From the IMG/VR virus record IMGVR_UViG_3300025769_000070: a DNA stretch of 64,000 bases; one strand, given 5' to 3'. The position numbers and the translations under genes were made by a program. Under the pieces are notes generated by a model that did not search any database, was not told the DNA's origin, and saw nothing but the letters and a program-made list of their open reading frames with translations. Source of the stretch: a virus. Lineage: Duplodnaviria > Heunggongvirae > Uroviricota > Caudoviricetes. This document shows, piece by piece, positions 28,633-37,994 of this stretch. The first letter of the stretch is position 1. Each line of letters begins with the position of its first letter.

Positions 28633-31600
28633 TTAATAAACCCCATTCATTTTTTCTGTATACCAGTTAGGACCAAGAAAAACAGCCTCGGTTTTTTTAT
28701 TACTATCTGGCACGGAAGCAAAGCCTCCATAAATTTCATAAGAGTCTTGAATGCGGGCGTTACGAGCTTGTCGAGCAGCCATATTAGCCATTAAAAGTGC
28801 TGAATATCGGTCTTTTCTCAGTCTATCTTTCTTGCCCACACCTGTCTTAACTTCTGGTGTATTCCACTGATCTCTACCTGTAGGAGTCTGACGAATTTCT
28901 ATAAGACACAGTTCATCCTTCAATGCCTCAATTTCCATCACACAATCTTCCAAAGTATCATAAGTTCTGTTACTGGCTTTATCCTGTTCAATAGACAATC
29001 CAATTGTAATAGGATCAAATCTGGGGAATAGAAGAACTTTATCTTCCAGATCTTTTCTTAGACCATGATTAGCCTCAGAGAGCCAGTCATATTTCGCAAA
29101 CTGGCATAATTCTAATATATGAAGACCCTGTTCGTCGTCAGTATCTTTTTCCTTGTCTTCATCGATAACAGGCCAAATAGGAAGTTCTCCTGGTAGAAGC
29201 CTAACAGGATCATGTAAAGCTTCAGCTACAGCAATTCCGCCACCTTGAGCATCCATTGCGATATGAATAGTTGGAAAAGCCCCCATTAGATCACGAATAC
29301 GTCTGGCACAATATGCGTAGAAGTCCCCTTCTTCTGTTAATCCGCGTTTTAATCTCTCATTATACTCTTTTCTTGTAGTAGTCCAAACATGAGCTATTCT
29401 TCTATGATCTGAGTTTACTTCTAATACAACAATCGAAAAATTATCGACTTCAGATGCAGGGTCTACACCAATAATATATTGCTTATCAATTTGCCCCTTT
29501 AGTGAGGGGTCAAAGTATAAGTCGCCAGAAGGTAACTTGATTGGTTTTTGCTCAGAACCCGTACATGCTTCAATCAAACTTCTCTTAAAGAATCCTGCAC
29601 TATCTGTACAGAAAACAGCACTAAATTCCATCAGATAAATGCCGTTATGTACGGTAGCCTTAGAACGGGCTACTTGAGCGTCATCCATAAATCCTTTAGG
29701 AATTAACTCAAAAGGCATTCTAATAACTGAATAATCTTTCCAGTTGAAACTATCCGGCACTTTTTCTTCGCCAAAAGTCTCTTTAAGCTTGACAGGATCG
29801 CCCTTAGAGTTTATAATTGAACGCCATCGTTTCCAATATGTTGAGAAATGATTAAAGTCATAATAAGCTGTTCCTGATAAAACAATCTGGTTACCAAAGT
29901 CTTCATTGGCAAAGTTTTCTTGTAAAAGAGAAAGGTCATATCCTCTTTGTTTTGCAAGATTTTTAGCTGCGGCTAATTTGACGCCTTCGGACGGTGATGA
30001 GGAAACGGCACCAAAACCGGCAATAACGTTTTCGAATATGTCACGGGACTGTGAAGCAAATTCGTCTGCAATGATATCATTTGCTCTTAGTCCACGAATC
30101 TTTTGACCATCACCCACAGGAATAGCGGTTACTGTACTGCTATTTATAATCATTCGGCACATGTCTACATCACGACGAGGCCCGCTATTAGAATCACATA
30201 AATCTCTTAATATAGGAGATTTCTTCCAGATGGTTTCCATATATTCATGAAGAAATTTAGACTGACGAAAAGCTGCTCCAATAACTACAACTTTTCGTTC
30301 AGGCATAATTAATGCACGCATTAATGAATAAAGGGATAGGAGAAAGGTATTGTGAGTTACAATATAGTCTTTAGTGATGTATGTATGATCAGGACTATCC
30401 ACTGAGATACATTGCATCTCTTCAAATTCATTTACATATTCCGCAGATATTAAAGAAGTATATTTCTCACGAGAAGTCTGGTTATTTTTTAACCTCTCTA
30501 CTTTTCTAGGTAGCTTAAAAACCTGTTTAGAGGTGTTGATAAAGACTCTATAGTAAGGATTACGTGGGATTTGTTTTCCACGAATTTCGGAATAACTACC
30601 TGATCTATCGTCAATCTTCAATTGGCAGCTAATTCCTAAACTTCTTAAGACTTCTATTAAATCTTTAACCAGTTTTTCGCATGAATTAGTAAATTCAATA
30701 GCTCCATTTTTATTACAAGACCCATCCGTATCTAACAGACCTCTAACAATCTCCATCCTCTGCTCTACCGATGAAGTCTTATATTCTTCTGGAATAAATT
30801 TATCTTTACATCCTACATTTAATTTCATTCCTTCAATTATACTAACTAATCGATTACCATCTCTTTTATAGAATGATTTGCCCTTTTTAGAAAATCTTTT
30901 ATTTAGTTGTTTATCTATGTCAACGATTGTGTAGTTGTTATTACTAGAATCTTTCTTAATTTCAAATCCGTCTAATCTAGTTCTAAACTGCTCAATAATG
31001 AACGCATCGTCACTGGCAATTTTTGGCGTTCTGGTTGTCATACATCCATCACCAAGTAGACATCCCAATATATATGGATCTAAAGGTAGTTGTTTTTCTT
31101 CATACTGAATTGGCTCAGTCAGTGGAAGCTTATACTTATAAGCCCATTTACCAGGAGACGAATAAAATCTAACCCCGTCATTAATAATATCTTTGGTAGA
31201 TACCGTAACTTCCTTCTGTTGTTTTTTCATTACCCATAAATGATCTTCGCAGCAATCAATCTCTCTACCATCTGCAAATTTTAATCTACAAACTTGTTTC
31301 TTGCCTTGTGGATAAATACCAACTATATTACATAATTTTCCGTTCCTGGAATACACTTTATGATTATAAGTAATATCGCCCATACGAACCCATCCTTGGT
31401 CAGTAAGCAATGGTTCTGTACATTTAGTTGCTTTCCCAACGCCACGACTACCAATCAGCATGGGAAACTTTCGCTTCCAGATTTCCTCAAGCATAAGTCC
31501 TTGAAAAGGGACAAGGTCTATATTCAATATGTTCTTACAGAGAAAACAGAAGTACTCAGGCTGTATCATTAGCCAGGTAAACGTCTTGTAAAATTCCTCT

Positions 31601-31716
31601 GGATCGTCTGTAGTGAGTAAATCGAAAGGCTTACATAACTCATTTTTATTATAATTAATATTAAGCCAAGCATCATTAAGTTCGGATAATATTTCTACTC
31701 TTAAGCGTTCAGTCAT
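28633..31716 (-). CDS. terL: terminase large subunit interrupted by an intein
   Basis: Walker A GSRGVGKATK is split after K98 by an insertion starting with Cys. The extein carries Walker B DIIADE and the nuclease motifs GVDPA and IAMDAQGGG. Total 1027 aa, about 669 aa extein plus 358 aa intein. Confidence 0.85.
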   Translation of the reverse strand: MTERLRVEILSELNDAWLNINYNKNELCKPFDLLTTDDPEEFYKTFTWLMIQPEYFCFLCKNILNIDLVPFQGLMLEEIWKRKFPMLIGSRGVGKATKCTEPLLTDQGWVRMGDITYNHKVYSRNGKLCNIVGIYPQGKKQVCRLKFADGREIDCCEDHLWVMKKQQKEVTVSTKDIINDGVRFYSSPGKWAYKYKLPLTEPIQYEEKQLPLDPYILGCLLGDGCMTTRTPKIASDDAFIIEQFRTRLDGFEIKKDSSNNNYTIVDIDKQLNKRFSKKGKSFYKRDGNRLVSIIEGMKLNVGCKDKFIPEEYKTSSVEQRMEIVRGLLDTDGSCNKNGAIEFTNSCEKLVKDLIEVLRSLGISCQLKIDDRSGSYSEIRGKQIPRNPYYRVFINTSKQVFKLPRKVERLKNNQTSREKYTSLISAEYVNEFEEMQCISVDSPDHTYITKDYIVTHNTFLLSLYSLMRALIMPERKVVVIGAAFRQSKFLHEYMETIWKKSPILRDLCDSNSGPRRDVDMCRMIINSSTVTAIPVGDGQKIRGLRANDIIADEFASQSRDIFENVIAGFGAVSSSPSEGVKLAAAKNLAKQRGYDLSLLQENFANEDFGNQIVLSGTAYYDFNHFSTYWKRWRSIINSKGDPVKLKETFGEEKVPDSFNWKDYSVIRMPFELIPKGFMDDAQVARSKATVHNGIYLMEFSAVFCTDSAGFFKRSLIEACTGSEQKPIKLPSGDLYFDPSLKGQIDKQYIIGVDPASEVDNFSIVVLEVNSDHRRIAHVWTTTRKEYNERLKRGLTEEGDFYAYCARRIRDLMGAFPTIHIAMDAQGGGIAVAEALHDPVRLLPGELPIWPVIDEDKEKDTDDEQGLHILELCQFAKYDWLSEANHGLRKDLEDKVLLFPRFDPITIGLSIEQDKASNRTYDTLEDCVMEIEALKDELCLIEIRQTPTGRDQWNTPEVKTGVGKKDRLRKDRYSALLMANMAARQARNARIQDSYEIYGGFASVPDSNKKTEAVFLGPNWYTEKMNGVY
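30349..31422 (-). mobile_element. intein with LAGLIDADG homing endonuclease domain inside terL
   Basis: Starts with Cys after the P-loop and ends ...IVTHN followed by Thr. Two LAGLIDADG motifs (LGCLLGDGC and GLLDTDGS). Classic P-loop insertion site for terminase inteins. Confidence 0.75.
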
Positions 31717-32153
31717 TTAGGTTCACCTAGATTTATATCAATTCCGGTATGGAGTATTGAATACCCGGAAATAAAAGATGTAATTTGCACTCTTTTAACA
31801 CTAATTCCATATTCTTGCATTCTTCGATGAACCAAACCTGTGATTTCCCTATTCATTTTTGTCCGGTCATCCATTAACTCTTTTAATTCTTTTCTAGCTA
31901 CATAACGACAGATTAGACCCATAGTTTCATCGTCAATCTGGTCTGTTACTTCGTAGGCTTTCGCTATCGCTGTCATAACGTCATCGACCTCGTAAGACAC
32001 CACAGACCTTAGTTTGAGTGGTTTACCATCTAACGTCATTAAGTCTTGTTCAAGCGTATACAGAGACTGTCTGACAACAGGTAATAGATAGTAAGTTGAG
32101 AAAAAAGGGATATACCAGTAACGACCTGGTAAAAGAAGAAGGGATGTGTGCAT
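31713..32153 (-). CDS. short SPFH/band-7-like protein with N-terminal hydrophobic segment
   Basis: The segment LEQDLMTLDGKPLKLRSVVSYEVDDVMTAIAKAYEV...LKELMDDRTKMNREI...EYGISVKRVQITSF resembles the SPFH core. The N-terminus YWYIPFFSTYYLL is hydrophobic. Overlaps the terL start by 4 nt. Confidence 0.4.
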   Translation of the reverse strand: MHTSLLLLPGRYWYIPFFSTYYLLPVVRQSLYTLEQDLMTLDGKPLKLRSVVSYEVDDVMTAIAKAYEVTDQIDDETMGLICRYVARKELKELMDDRTKMNREITGLVHRRMQEYGISVKRVQITSFISGYSILHTGIDINLGEPK

Positions 32154-32265
32154 ACCTTTGAATTTTACGCCTTGATGGGTTGGTTCGACTAGAATTCGAC
32201 GGGGGATTAAATCCCCTATCAGTTTTACTAGCTCACCAAGCCATTCTAGATATGCAAAAATTTTA

Positions 32266-32760
32266 TCATTCCTTAGAATTATGTTCTACCCATGTATCCC
32301 TAATTAATTGTGCCGCATATTTTTCAGCTTCTATCTTGTTCTCACAATACACAAATTCAATGTCGTAATTATCCATAACCTCATGAATTAATTTCCGGAA
32401 AAACCCGGAACCACCTCTTATATATTTCTTTTTACATTCTGGAATTCCGGAGTCATTAGGAAAACTAAAGATATGGGACTCCGGAAATTCACACAATATG
32501 ATTGCTTTCTGAATCTTTGAGAGCTTATCAAGCTCTCTATAAAAACGCTCTTTCATTGATGTCTTCGCTAAGTTACCATATAGCTCACCACTAGTTGACT
32601 TTCTTTCAATAGCTAGAATATGTTCCATGCCTTCTATCGAGTAATCTCCCGCGTCTAGTTTCCGGAACTCTGTCTTCATATACTCTCCGGTAGACAAGTA
32701 TGGTGCTACCTCAAAGAAAGGCTTTTGCTCACGAGTATCTATCAATATATTTATAGTCAT
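32266..32760 (-). CDS. ERCC4/XPF-type nuclease domain protein
   Basis: ILIDTREQ...GDYSIEG...ILAIERKSTSGELYGNL matches the ERCC4 metal-binding signature (DxRE...GDx...ERKxxxD). Confidence 0.55.
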   Translation of the reverse strand: MTINILIDTREQKPFFEVAPYLSTGEYMKTEFRKLDAGDYSIEGMEHILAIERKSTSGELYGNLAKTSMKERFYRELDKLSKIQKAIILCEFPESHIFSFPNDSGIPECKKKYIRGGSGFFRKLIHEVMDNYDIEFVYCENKIEAEKYAAQLIRDTWVEHNSKE

Positions 32761-33035
32761 TTTTTTTCATTTTTGGCAATGATTTGTTTGAATAGTCCTA
32801 CATAATGGGCTTCTTTTCCATTAATTGATTCATGACACTCTTTACAAAGAGTAATTAGATTAAATACTTCATATCTTAGCCAAGAGGCATCAGACCAACG
32901 TTCAATATGATGGACATGTAATTTTTTACGGCTCTTGCATCCTGGCATTTGGCACGTTCGTTTATCCCTCTTTAAGGTTTTTAACCTAGCGTCTTTATAA
33001 ATAGGGCAGTCATAATGTCTTCTAACCATTCTCAA
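32757..33035 (-). CDS. HNH endonuclease
   Basis: CxxC...HVHHI...N...TLCKECH HNH/zinc-finger motif. 92 aa. Overlaps the downstream gene by 4 nt. Near the terminase, as is common for packaging-associated HNH proteins. Confidence 0.8.
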   Translation of the reverse strand: MRMVRRHYDCPIYKDARLKTLKRDKRTCQMPGCKSRKKLHVHHIERWSDASWLRYEVFNLITLCKECHESINGKEAHYVGLFKQIIAKNEKK

Positions 33036-33181
33036 ATGACCAATCTTAGTCTAGTAATATATTTTGATTGTTATGTAAAACTAAGAAGATAAACAGATTC
33101 ATATAATATGTCATTGTTTATGCCTTCATTAATTTTTAATTCAAAGTATGAACATAATATCTTTATAGCTTATTCTACAAA

Positions 33182-33646
33182 TTATTCGTAACTATAAGAG
33201 CCTGTATTAGGATCGGTTGTTTTTATTGATAGTTGATCTTTTACCCGGATTACTTGATATATACACCTACCGTTCTCAATCATTTGTCTAATTTTTTTTT
33301 GACGATCAGTTTCTCTTGATTCCCCCGTCTTAAATTCTATTAGAACAATCTGGTCACCTTTAAAATCAAAAACAACCATATCAATAGGAGAACCTAGAAA
33401 TCGTACATCTTTCGGATCATATGGAAACCCATCTAGGTACGGAGCAAATTGTTCCGCTATCTGCCCTGTTCTTACTTCTGTTGATTTTAACTTGGATTTT
33501 ATCTCGGAAATCTCTCTCCTAAGTTTTTGATTAGTAGATTGCTCTCTTTTTAAGTTATCTATTAAAATTTTAAATAAGATAAAGAGAATAATCGTAAAAC
33601 CAAGTACAACAAAAGTAAACAACAATGTATTATAATTCATACTCAA
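33182..33646 (-). CDS. membrane-anchored Hjc-like/PD-(D/E)xK nuclease-domain protein
   Basis: N-terminal TM helix (LLFTFVVLGFTIILFILF), then a coiled coil, then a C-terminal GSPIDMVVFDF...IVLIEFKTGESR D-E-K motif. Confidence 0.4.
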   Translation of the reverse strand: MSMNYNTLLFTFVVLGFTIILFILFKILIDNLKREQSTNQKLRREISEIKSKLKSTEVRTGQIAEQFAPYLDGFPYDPKDVRFLGSPIDMVVFDFKGDQIVLIEFKTGESRETDRQKKIRQMIENGRCIYQVIRVKDQLSIKTTDPNTGSYSYE

Positions 33647-34718
33647 CCATTTCCTTTACAAGTTCTTCAAAACTATAGGATGGTGCCCATCCAAAGGTTT
33701 CTTGTGCTTTTTTACATGATCCTCTCAAGTAATCCACTTCTGCCGGACGGTAGAATTCCGGGTCAGTAACTACAAAGGGTTCCCAATCATCAATATCTAT
33801 ATGCTTGAAAGCTACTGTTAGGAATTCCCTAATAGTTCTGGTTTCACCAGTACATATAACGAAATCATCTGATTTTTCCTGTTGAAGAATACTATGCATT
33901 CCCTCAGCATAGTCTTTTGCATGACCCCAATCTCGACTTGCATCTAGATTACCTAAACGTAATTTAGGAAAACCTTGTTTATCGTATGGTGAAAAGTAAA
34001 TGATATCTGGATCATCATCCATTCTTAACTGACCCTGCTCAAAACCCTGCTGGGTATCCATCCATCTTGAAAACTCACCAATCCATTTGGTAATCTTTTT
34101 CGTAACAAACTTATCACCTCTGCGAGGTGATTCGTGATTGAACAGGATTCCTGCCGCAGCATAAATACCATATGACTCACGATACAAGCGTACAAGGTGG
34201 TGTGCCCCCAGCTTTGCTACGGCGTATGGGGATTGGGGCATCATTTTTGTATTTTCGTCTTGATATTTCTCGACAGATCCTATACCATGCTCTGTGTAGG
34301 CTATAGACTGATAGGTATCATAACTTGATCCAAACAGTTCACTCGTGCTTGCTTGGTAAAATTTAGTTGTTGGAGATAGTTCCTTAATACAATTAAGGAT
34401 ATTCAAAACTCCTTCATAATTAATCTTACTCGTAACCACTGGCTGCTTAAACGATGTAGCTACATGAGATTGGGCCGCTAAATTATAAAATTCAGATACC
34501 CTATACTTAGTCAACAAAGACGTAATATAATGGGCATCACAAATATCGCCTTCCTCAAACTGAAAATTAGGATTAGTCAATAAATGTTTGATTCTATCAG
34601 AGGTATCTACAGAAACCCGACGAGAGAAGCCAATTACAAAATAGCCTTTCTTTAGCAAAATTTCAGCTAGATAAGATCCTGTTTGTCCTGTAACTCCAGA
34701 AATGACTGCTACTTGCAT
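33630..34718 (-). CDS. gmd: GDP-mannose 4,6-dehydratase
   Basis: Rossmann motif SGVTGQTGSYLAEILLKKGY, catalytic S...YxxxK (YAVAKL), and the C-terminal GMD-specific region. 362 aa. Confidence 0.9.
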   Translation of the reverse strand: MQVAVISGVTGQTGSYLAEILLKKGYFVIGFSRRVSVDTSDRIKHLLTNPNFQFEEGDICDAHYITSLLTKYRVSEFYNLAAQSHVATSFKQPVVTSKINYEGVLNILNCIKELSPTTKFYQASTSELFGSSYDTYQSIAYTEHGIGSVEKYQDENTKMMPQSPYAVAKLGAHHLVRLYRESYGIYAAAGILFNHESPRRGDKFVTKKITKWIGEFSRWMDTQQGFEQGQLRMDDDPDIIYFSPYDKQGFPKLRLGNLDASRDWGHAKDYAEGMHSILQQEKSDDFVICTGETRTIREFLTVAFKHIDIDDWEPFVVTDPEFYRPAEVDYLRGSCKKAQETFGWAPSYSFEELVKEMVEYEL

Positions 34719-34788
34719 TTGTTATCCTAGAAAAATAATAAGGTCAGGTAAGCTAACAATTTATTATATCCCAAATAAGAAAAAATAT

Positions 34789-35208
34789 ATGTCCTCAGTG
34801 AAAATTCGCAAAGTTTATCAACGTTCCGTAGAAGCCCGAAATAATTGCTGTCTCCCCGCCTGCATTAGTTCTTTAACAGGTATTCCTATGAGGGAGATAC
34901 CTTATCAGAAGAGACATATCAGAAAAAACTGGTTTACCGCCATGAATAAGTTCTTAGACTCTAAAGGTTTTGAGTTGAGAATCGTTCTTGCGGAACTTGT
35001 TAAACCTGATAAACCATATATTAAATGTTATGAGTTCAAGATTGACGGTGGGAACATAGGTTCACATTCCGTTGTGAATGTTGGATTCAAGACAATACAT
35101 GATCCGTCAAAGTTTCTTCAAAAGAAGATAAAGCCAAAAGGATTCAATATGTCCTACAAAGAGACATATTATCTGGAAATATCTAGAAAAAGGACAAGGC
35201 CCATATAA
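34789..35208 (+). CDS. hypothetical protein (lone plus-strand gene in a minus-strand block)
   Basis: ORF 34702-35208 with a probable start at MSSVKIRK. Cys-rich N-terminal region. Confidence 0.35.
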   Translation: MSSVKIRKVYQRSVEARNNCCLPACISSLTGIPMREIPYQKRHIRKNWFTAMNKFLDSKGFELRIVLAELVKPDKPYIKCYEFKIDGGNIGSHSVVNVGFKTIHDPSKFLQKKIKPKGFNMSYKETYYLEISRKRTRPI

Positions 35209-36000
35209 TTAATCAACAGTATCAGCACTGAGTAATGGCCTGTCTATCATTCCATCAGCATATTGATGATAATCCCCCAGGCGGGCCTTTTCTTGTTGAA
35301 CAGCAAGCCGGAATTTTTCCATATATTGGTTTTGTTCATCTAGCCATTCAGGATCGCGTAGAACCTTTTGAACCAGTCCGTCAAATGTCTCCCTATTATT
35401 TTCCAGCTTTTGAATACGTTGTTCTCTAGTACCTTTTAAGTCTTTAAACATCTTAGACTTTTTATCTTGTAAGTCCTTGAATTCTTTTGAGATAGATTCT
35501 TTAGCCGCACGTAATGTGGCTATTTGTCTTTCCAGATTAAAGATTTGTTCAACATCGCGATCCTCTATTGGCTTCCGTTTTTCATTAACAATTAACTGTT
35601 CAAATTCCGCCACAGTTTGCATAGAGCTTTGTTGTTCCCGTAAAGCCCTGTTCATCAGAATCTCAAGTTTAATCACGTCAATAATCTGAAGTTCTTCAGT
35701 GGGCAGAATATCCTTACGGAATTGCCCCACAATCTGTGACCAGTGATAAAGGAACAATTTGAGTTCCTCTTCGGAAAATTGGGCTTGCAATTCGCTCCAA
35801 TACGGCCTGCTCTTTAAATCATAGGCCGCTTGTACTTCAAAATTCTTCTTAGTACTTGGCCCCTTACCTATCTTACTCAAATGCTTCAGAATAGGATCAA
35901 TCGCCCGATCTAAATTTTCCGCAATTTCTTCTGCCGTAAGTTTATCACAGTTAGTTTCGATATAGTCCCATTCCGCTTTTGATAGTCTTCCTGTTTTCAC
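35209..36000 (-). CDS. coiled-coil regulatory/DNA-binding-like protein (N-terminal HTH-like segment)
   Basis: The N-terminus LSKAEWDYIETNCDKLTAEEIAENL looks HTH-like. A long Q/E/K-rich coiled coil follows. Sits upstream of the sigma-like gene. Confidence 0.35.
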   Translation of the reverse strand: MKTGRLSKAEWDYIETNCDKLTAEEIAENLDRAIDPILKHLSKIGKGPSTKKNFEVQAAYDLKSRPYWSELQAQFSEEELKLFLYHWSQIVGQFRKDILPTEELQIIDVIKLEILMNRALREQQSSMQTVAEFEQLIVNEKRKPIEDRDVEQIFNLERQIATLRAAKESISKEFKDLQDKKSKMFKDLKGTREQRIQKLENNRETFDGLVQKVLRDPEWLDEQNQYMEKFRLAVQQEKARLGDYHQYADGMIDRPLLSADTVD

Positions 36001-36479
36001 CAGTCTTCCCCCAGAATTTCTTTGACAGAATCAATTACCGCTTGTCTACGACCTTTTGTAATAACCACCCCGTTAGACATACGTAAGAAGTCGTTTTTAA
36101 TTAAAGGACTCATTTTTGATAGCAGAAAATCCACCGAATCCTGATTATCAATGCTCTCTTCTGTAAAAAGAGAAAGGGGCTGGATAGAGATGGGTCGCAT
36201 AAGGTTTCTTTTTGTCTCATTAGACTTTTGTCTTTTTTGAGACGATTCCTCTAATCCCAAACGAAAGAAATTGTCGCGTTTAAAGTTTTTGAGTCTATTA
36301 GACATATGGACAGAAATAAAATTTTCTAAAGGCCGGGTTTGATCCCATCTTTCATAAGCCTCTAATCCAAAAATTATTGCTTCCTGTTCTATGTCTTTTA
36401 CATCAAAATAGCCGAAGACGTACTTAGTCGCTAACCTCTTCGCTATCGTCTGGATCATGTTCAGATGTGTCTGGTTCAA
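35997..36479 (-). CDS. sigma-70-family-like transcription factor (probable late-gene regulator)
   Basis: DIEQEAIIFGLEAYERWD...FISVHMSNRLKNFKR resembles sigma region 2. The C-terminal LIKNDFLRMSNGVVITKGRRQAVIDSVKEIL resembles a region-4 HTH. Confidence 0.45.
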   Translation of the reverse strand: MNQTHLNMIQTIAKRLATKYVFGYFDVKDIEQEAIIFGLEAYERWDQTRPLENFISVHMSNRLKNFKRDNFFRLGLEESSQKRQKSNETKRNLMRPISIQPLSLFTEESIDNQDSVDFLLSKMSPLIKNDFLRMSNGVVITKGRRQAVIDSVKEILGEDW

Positions 36480-36639
36480 GTATAGCCTTCGCTTTCATTA
36501 AACATGGGTCTGGTATAAGAAGTTCTAAAGTCACGGCTTTCTTTAACTCTTCAGTTTCTTTTATGAGCATAAAAACTCTCCAGGTAAGGGTATAATCTAT
36601 TATATCCAATTTCTTCTCCAAAAGGTTAATACACCAAAA

Positions 36640-37077
36640 ATGAATTATTTACAAATAGCACTATCGGGAAAAGCGGGAGCGGGAAAATTCGCCAAAGTCT
36701 CAAAAGAAGATTATGGGATGCTGATTCGCTACTCATGGAACTACAGAGATGGTTATGCAATTACTAAGATTAACCGTAAAGAAGTGCGAATGCATCGACT
36801 CGTATTAGGGGTTGAAGATCCCGAAATACTAGTAGACCATAAGGATAGAGATCGACTCAATAACCAAAGGACAAATCTCCGGACATTTACACATACCCAG
36901 AACTCTAATAATAGAACTACCTCTCGTTATATTATAGCTTTTGGCGAGAAGCAGACTGTGGGCGAGTGGGCGGTAGACCCAAGATGCGGATGCTCCTATA
37001 ATGTTTTATTAAAGAGACTGGATAAGGAAATTGATCCAGAGATTGCTATATTGGCTCCTGATGATTCAGGTTCTTAG
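36640..37077 (+). CDS. HNH homing endonuclease
   Basis: HRLV...VDHKDRDRLNNQRTNLR is an HNH_3-type motif. Sits at the boundary between the late and early modules. Confidence 0.7.
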   Translation: MNYLQIALSGKAGAGKFAKVSKEDYGMLIRYSWNYRDGYAITKINRKEVRMHRLVLGVEDPEILVDHKDRDRLNNQRTNLRTFTHTQNSNNRTTSRYIIAFGEKQTVGEWAVDPRCGCSYNVLLKRLDKEIDPEIAILAPDDSGS

Positions 37078-37288
37078 CGGGGTAGTAAGGGTGAGACAAT
37101 TTGGAGAGTGGTTTGGCGAATTTTGTTTGAACCCCCCCGGCCAACAGATTCCTACTACTCCCGAACAAATTACAAGATAAAACCCCCTGTCCTGTCCCCC
37201 TAAGTGTCCTGTCCGAAAATTCAAAAGAATTGAAAATTGATAAACCCTTTGGTAGTAACGACTTAGGTAAAAACCGAAAATTTACCTC

Positions 37289-37316
37289 TTGATAACAAGA
37301 ATCGCCAGCCTATAAT
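37289..37316 (+). promoter_or_regulatory. sigma70-type promoter (TTGATA-16-TATAAT) at start of early module
   Basis: Near-consensus hexamers with a 16-nt spacer, about 45 nt upstream of the first early gene. Confidence 0.5.
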
Positions 37317-37362
37317 TAGGTGCAAGACGGAAACGACACCAAAAACAAAGGAAAAAAGTAAG

Positions 37363-37587
37363 ATGATCACAGTTTGCCTCAATGATGGTCATGTAGTGTA
37401 CGAATTCAACACAGTCACTGAATTCGTCGATGCGTTCCCTGATGGTCTGGACCAGGACAATCTCGACCAGGGCTGTTATGTCAACTGTTCTATCCGTCAG
37501 GCTCAGGAAATAGCTTGGGAGCGAGAAGACCGGAAACGTCGATACAATACCAAGTTGCCATTCGTTGGTCAGCGTTGTCGAGACTAG
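37363..37587 (+). CDS. small early protein, paralog A
   Basis: 74 aa, about 88% identical to the 37995-38219 product (MI(T/K)VCL(N/K)DGHVVYEFNT...). Preceded by a GGA-rich leader. Confidence 0.55.
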   Translation: MITVCLNDGHVVYEFNTVTEFVDAFPDGLDQDNLDQGCYVNCSIRQAQEIAWEREDRKRRYNTKLPFVGQRCRD

Positions 37588-37662
37588 GCTTGACGTTGCT
37601 TGCCAGGTCTGATACAATCGGGCCTGGCTGTTTCCCACTGTCTGATCTCAAGGAATGTTTGA

Positions 37663-37899
37663 ATGCGAAAATCAGTATACCAACTGTCAGCAGGTGATGT
37701 TGTTCGCTGCTTCAATGGTACTGGTGATCAGGTTGTCAGTTGTACGGATATCGTACAACATAACAAGAAGAAGCGAATACTTGTTCTAGTGAACAAGAAG
37801 ACAGGGGTAAGGCGGCGTGTGGTATGGGGCTACTATACAAAGGTCTCCATGCAGCCCATCATTCCAAGTACTGCACCTGCGATCAGTATACGAAAGTGA
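37663..37899 (+). CDS. hypothetical small early protein
   Basis: 78-aa ORF with an AGGA SD; followed by palindrome GCCACTAGTGGC and leader element copy 1. Confidence 0.45.
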   Translation: MRKSVYQLSAGDVVRCFNGTGDQVVSCTDIVQHNKKKRILVLVNKKTGVRRRVVWGYYTKVSMQPIIPSTAPAISIRK

Positions 37900-37911
37900 G
37901 CCACTAGTGGC

Positions 37912-37971
37912 ACCGGCGGAAGCCGAGTCGTCTCACTCACCGCAGGTGTGAGTGAGCGAGACGCAACGGAA
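37912..37971 (+). repeat. conserved intergenic stem-loop/leader element, copy 1
   Basis: ACCGGCGGAAGCCGA-GTCGTCTCACTCAC-CGCAGGT-GTGAGTGAGCGAGAC-GCAACGGAA. Inverted repeat of 8 bp or more, followed by GGA motifs and an ATG about 25 nt downstream. Confidence 0.8.
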
Positions 37972-37994
37972 TAAAATCAACGGAGAATCGAGCG

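Noticed and set aside
36424-36621. 65-aa minus ORF overlapping the 5' end of the sigma-like gene
   Set aside because: Mostly intergenic plus out-of-frame overlap, acidic low-complexity, no SD. Could be a small gene but unsupported.
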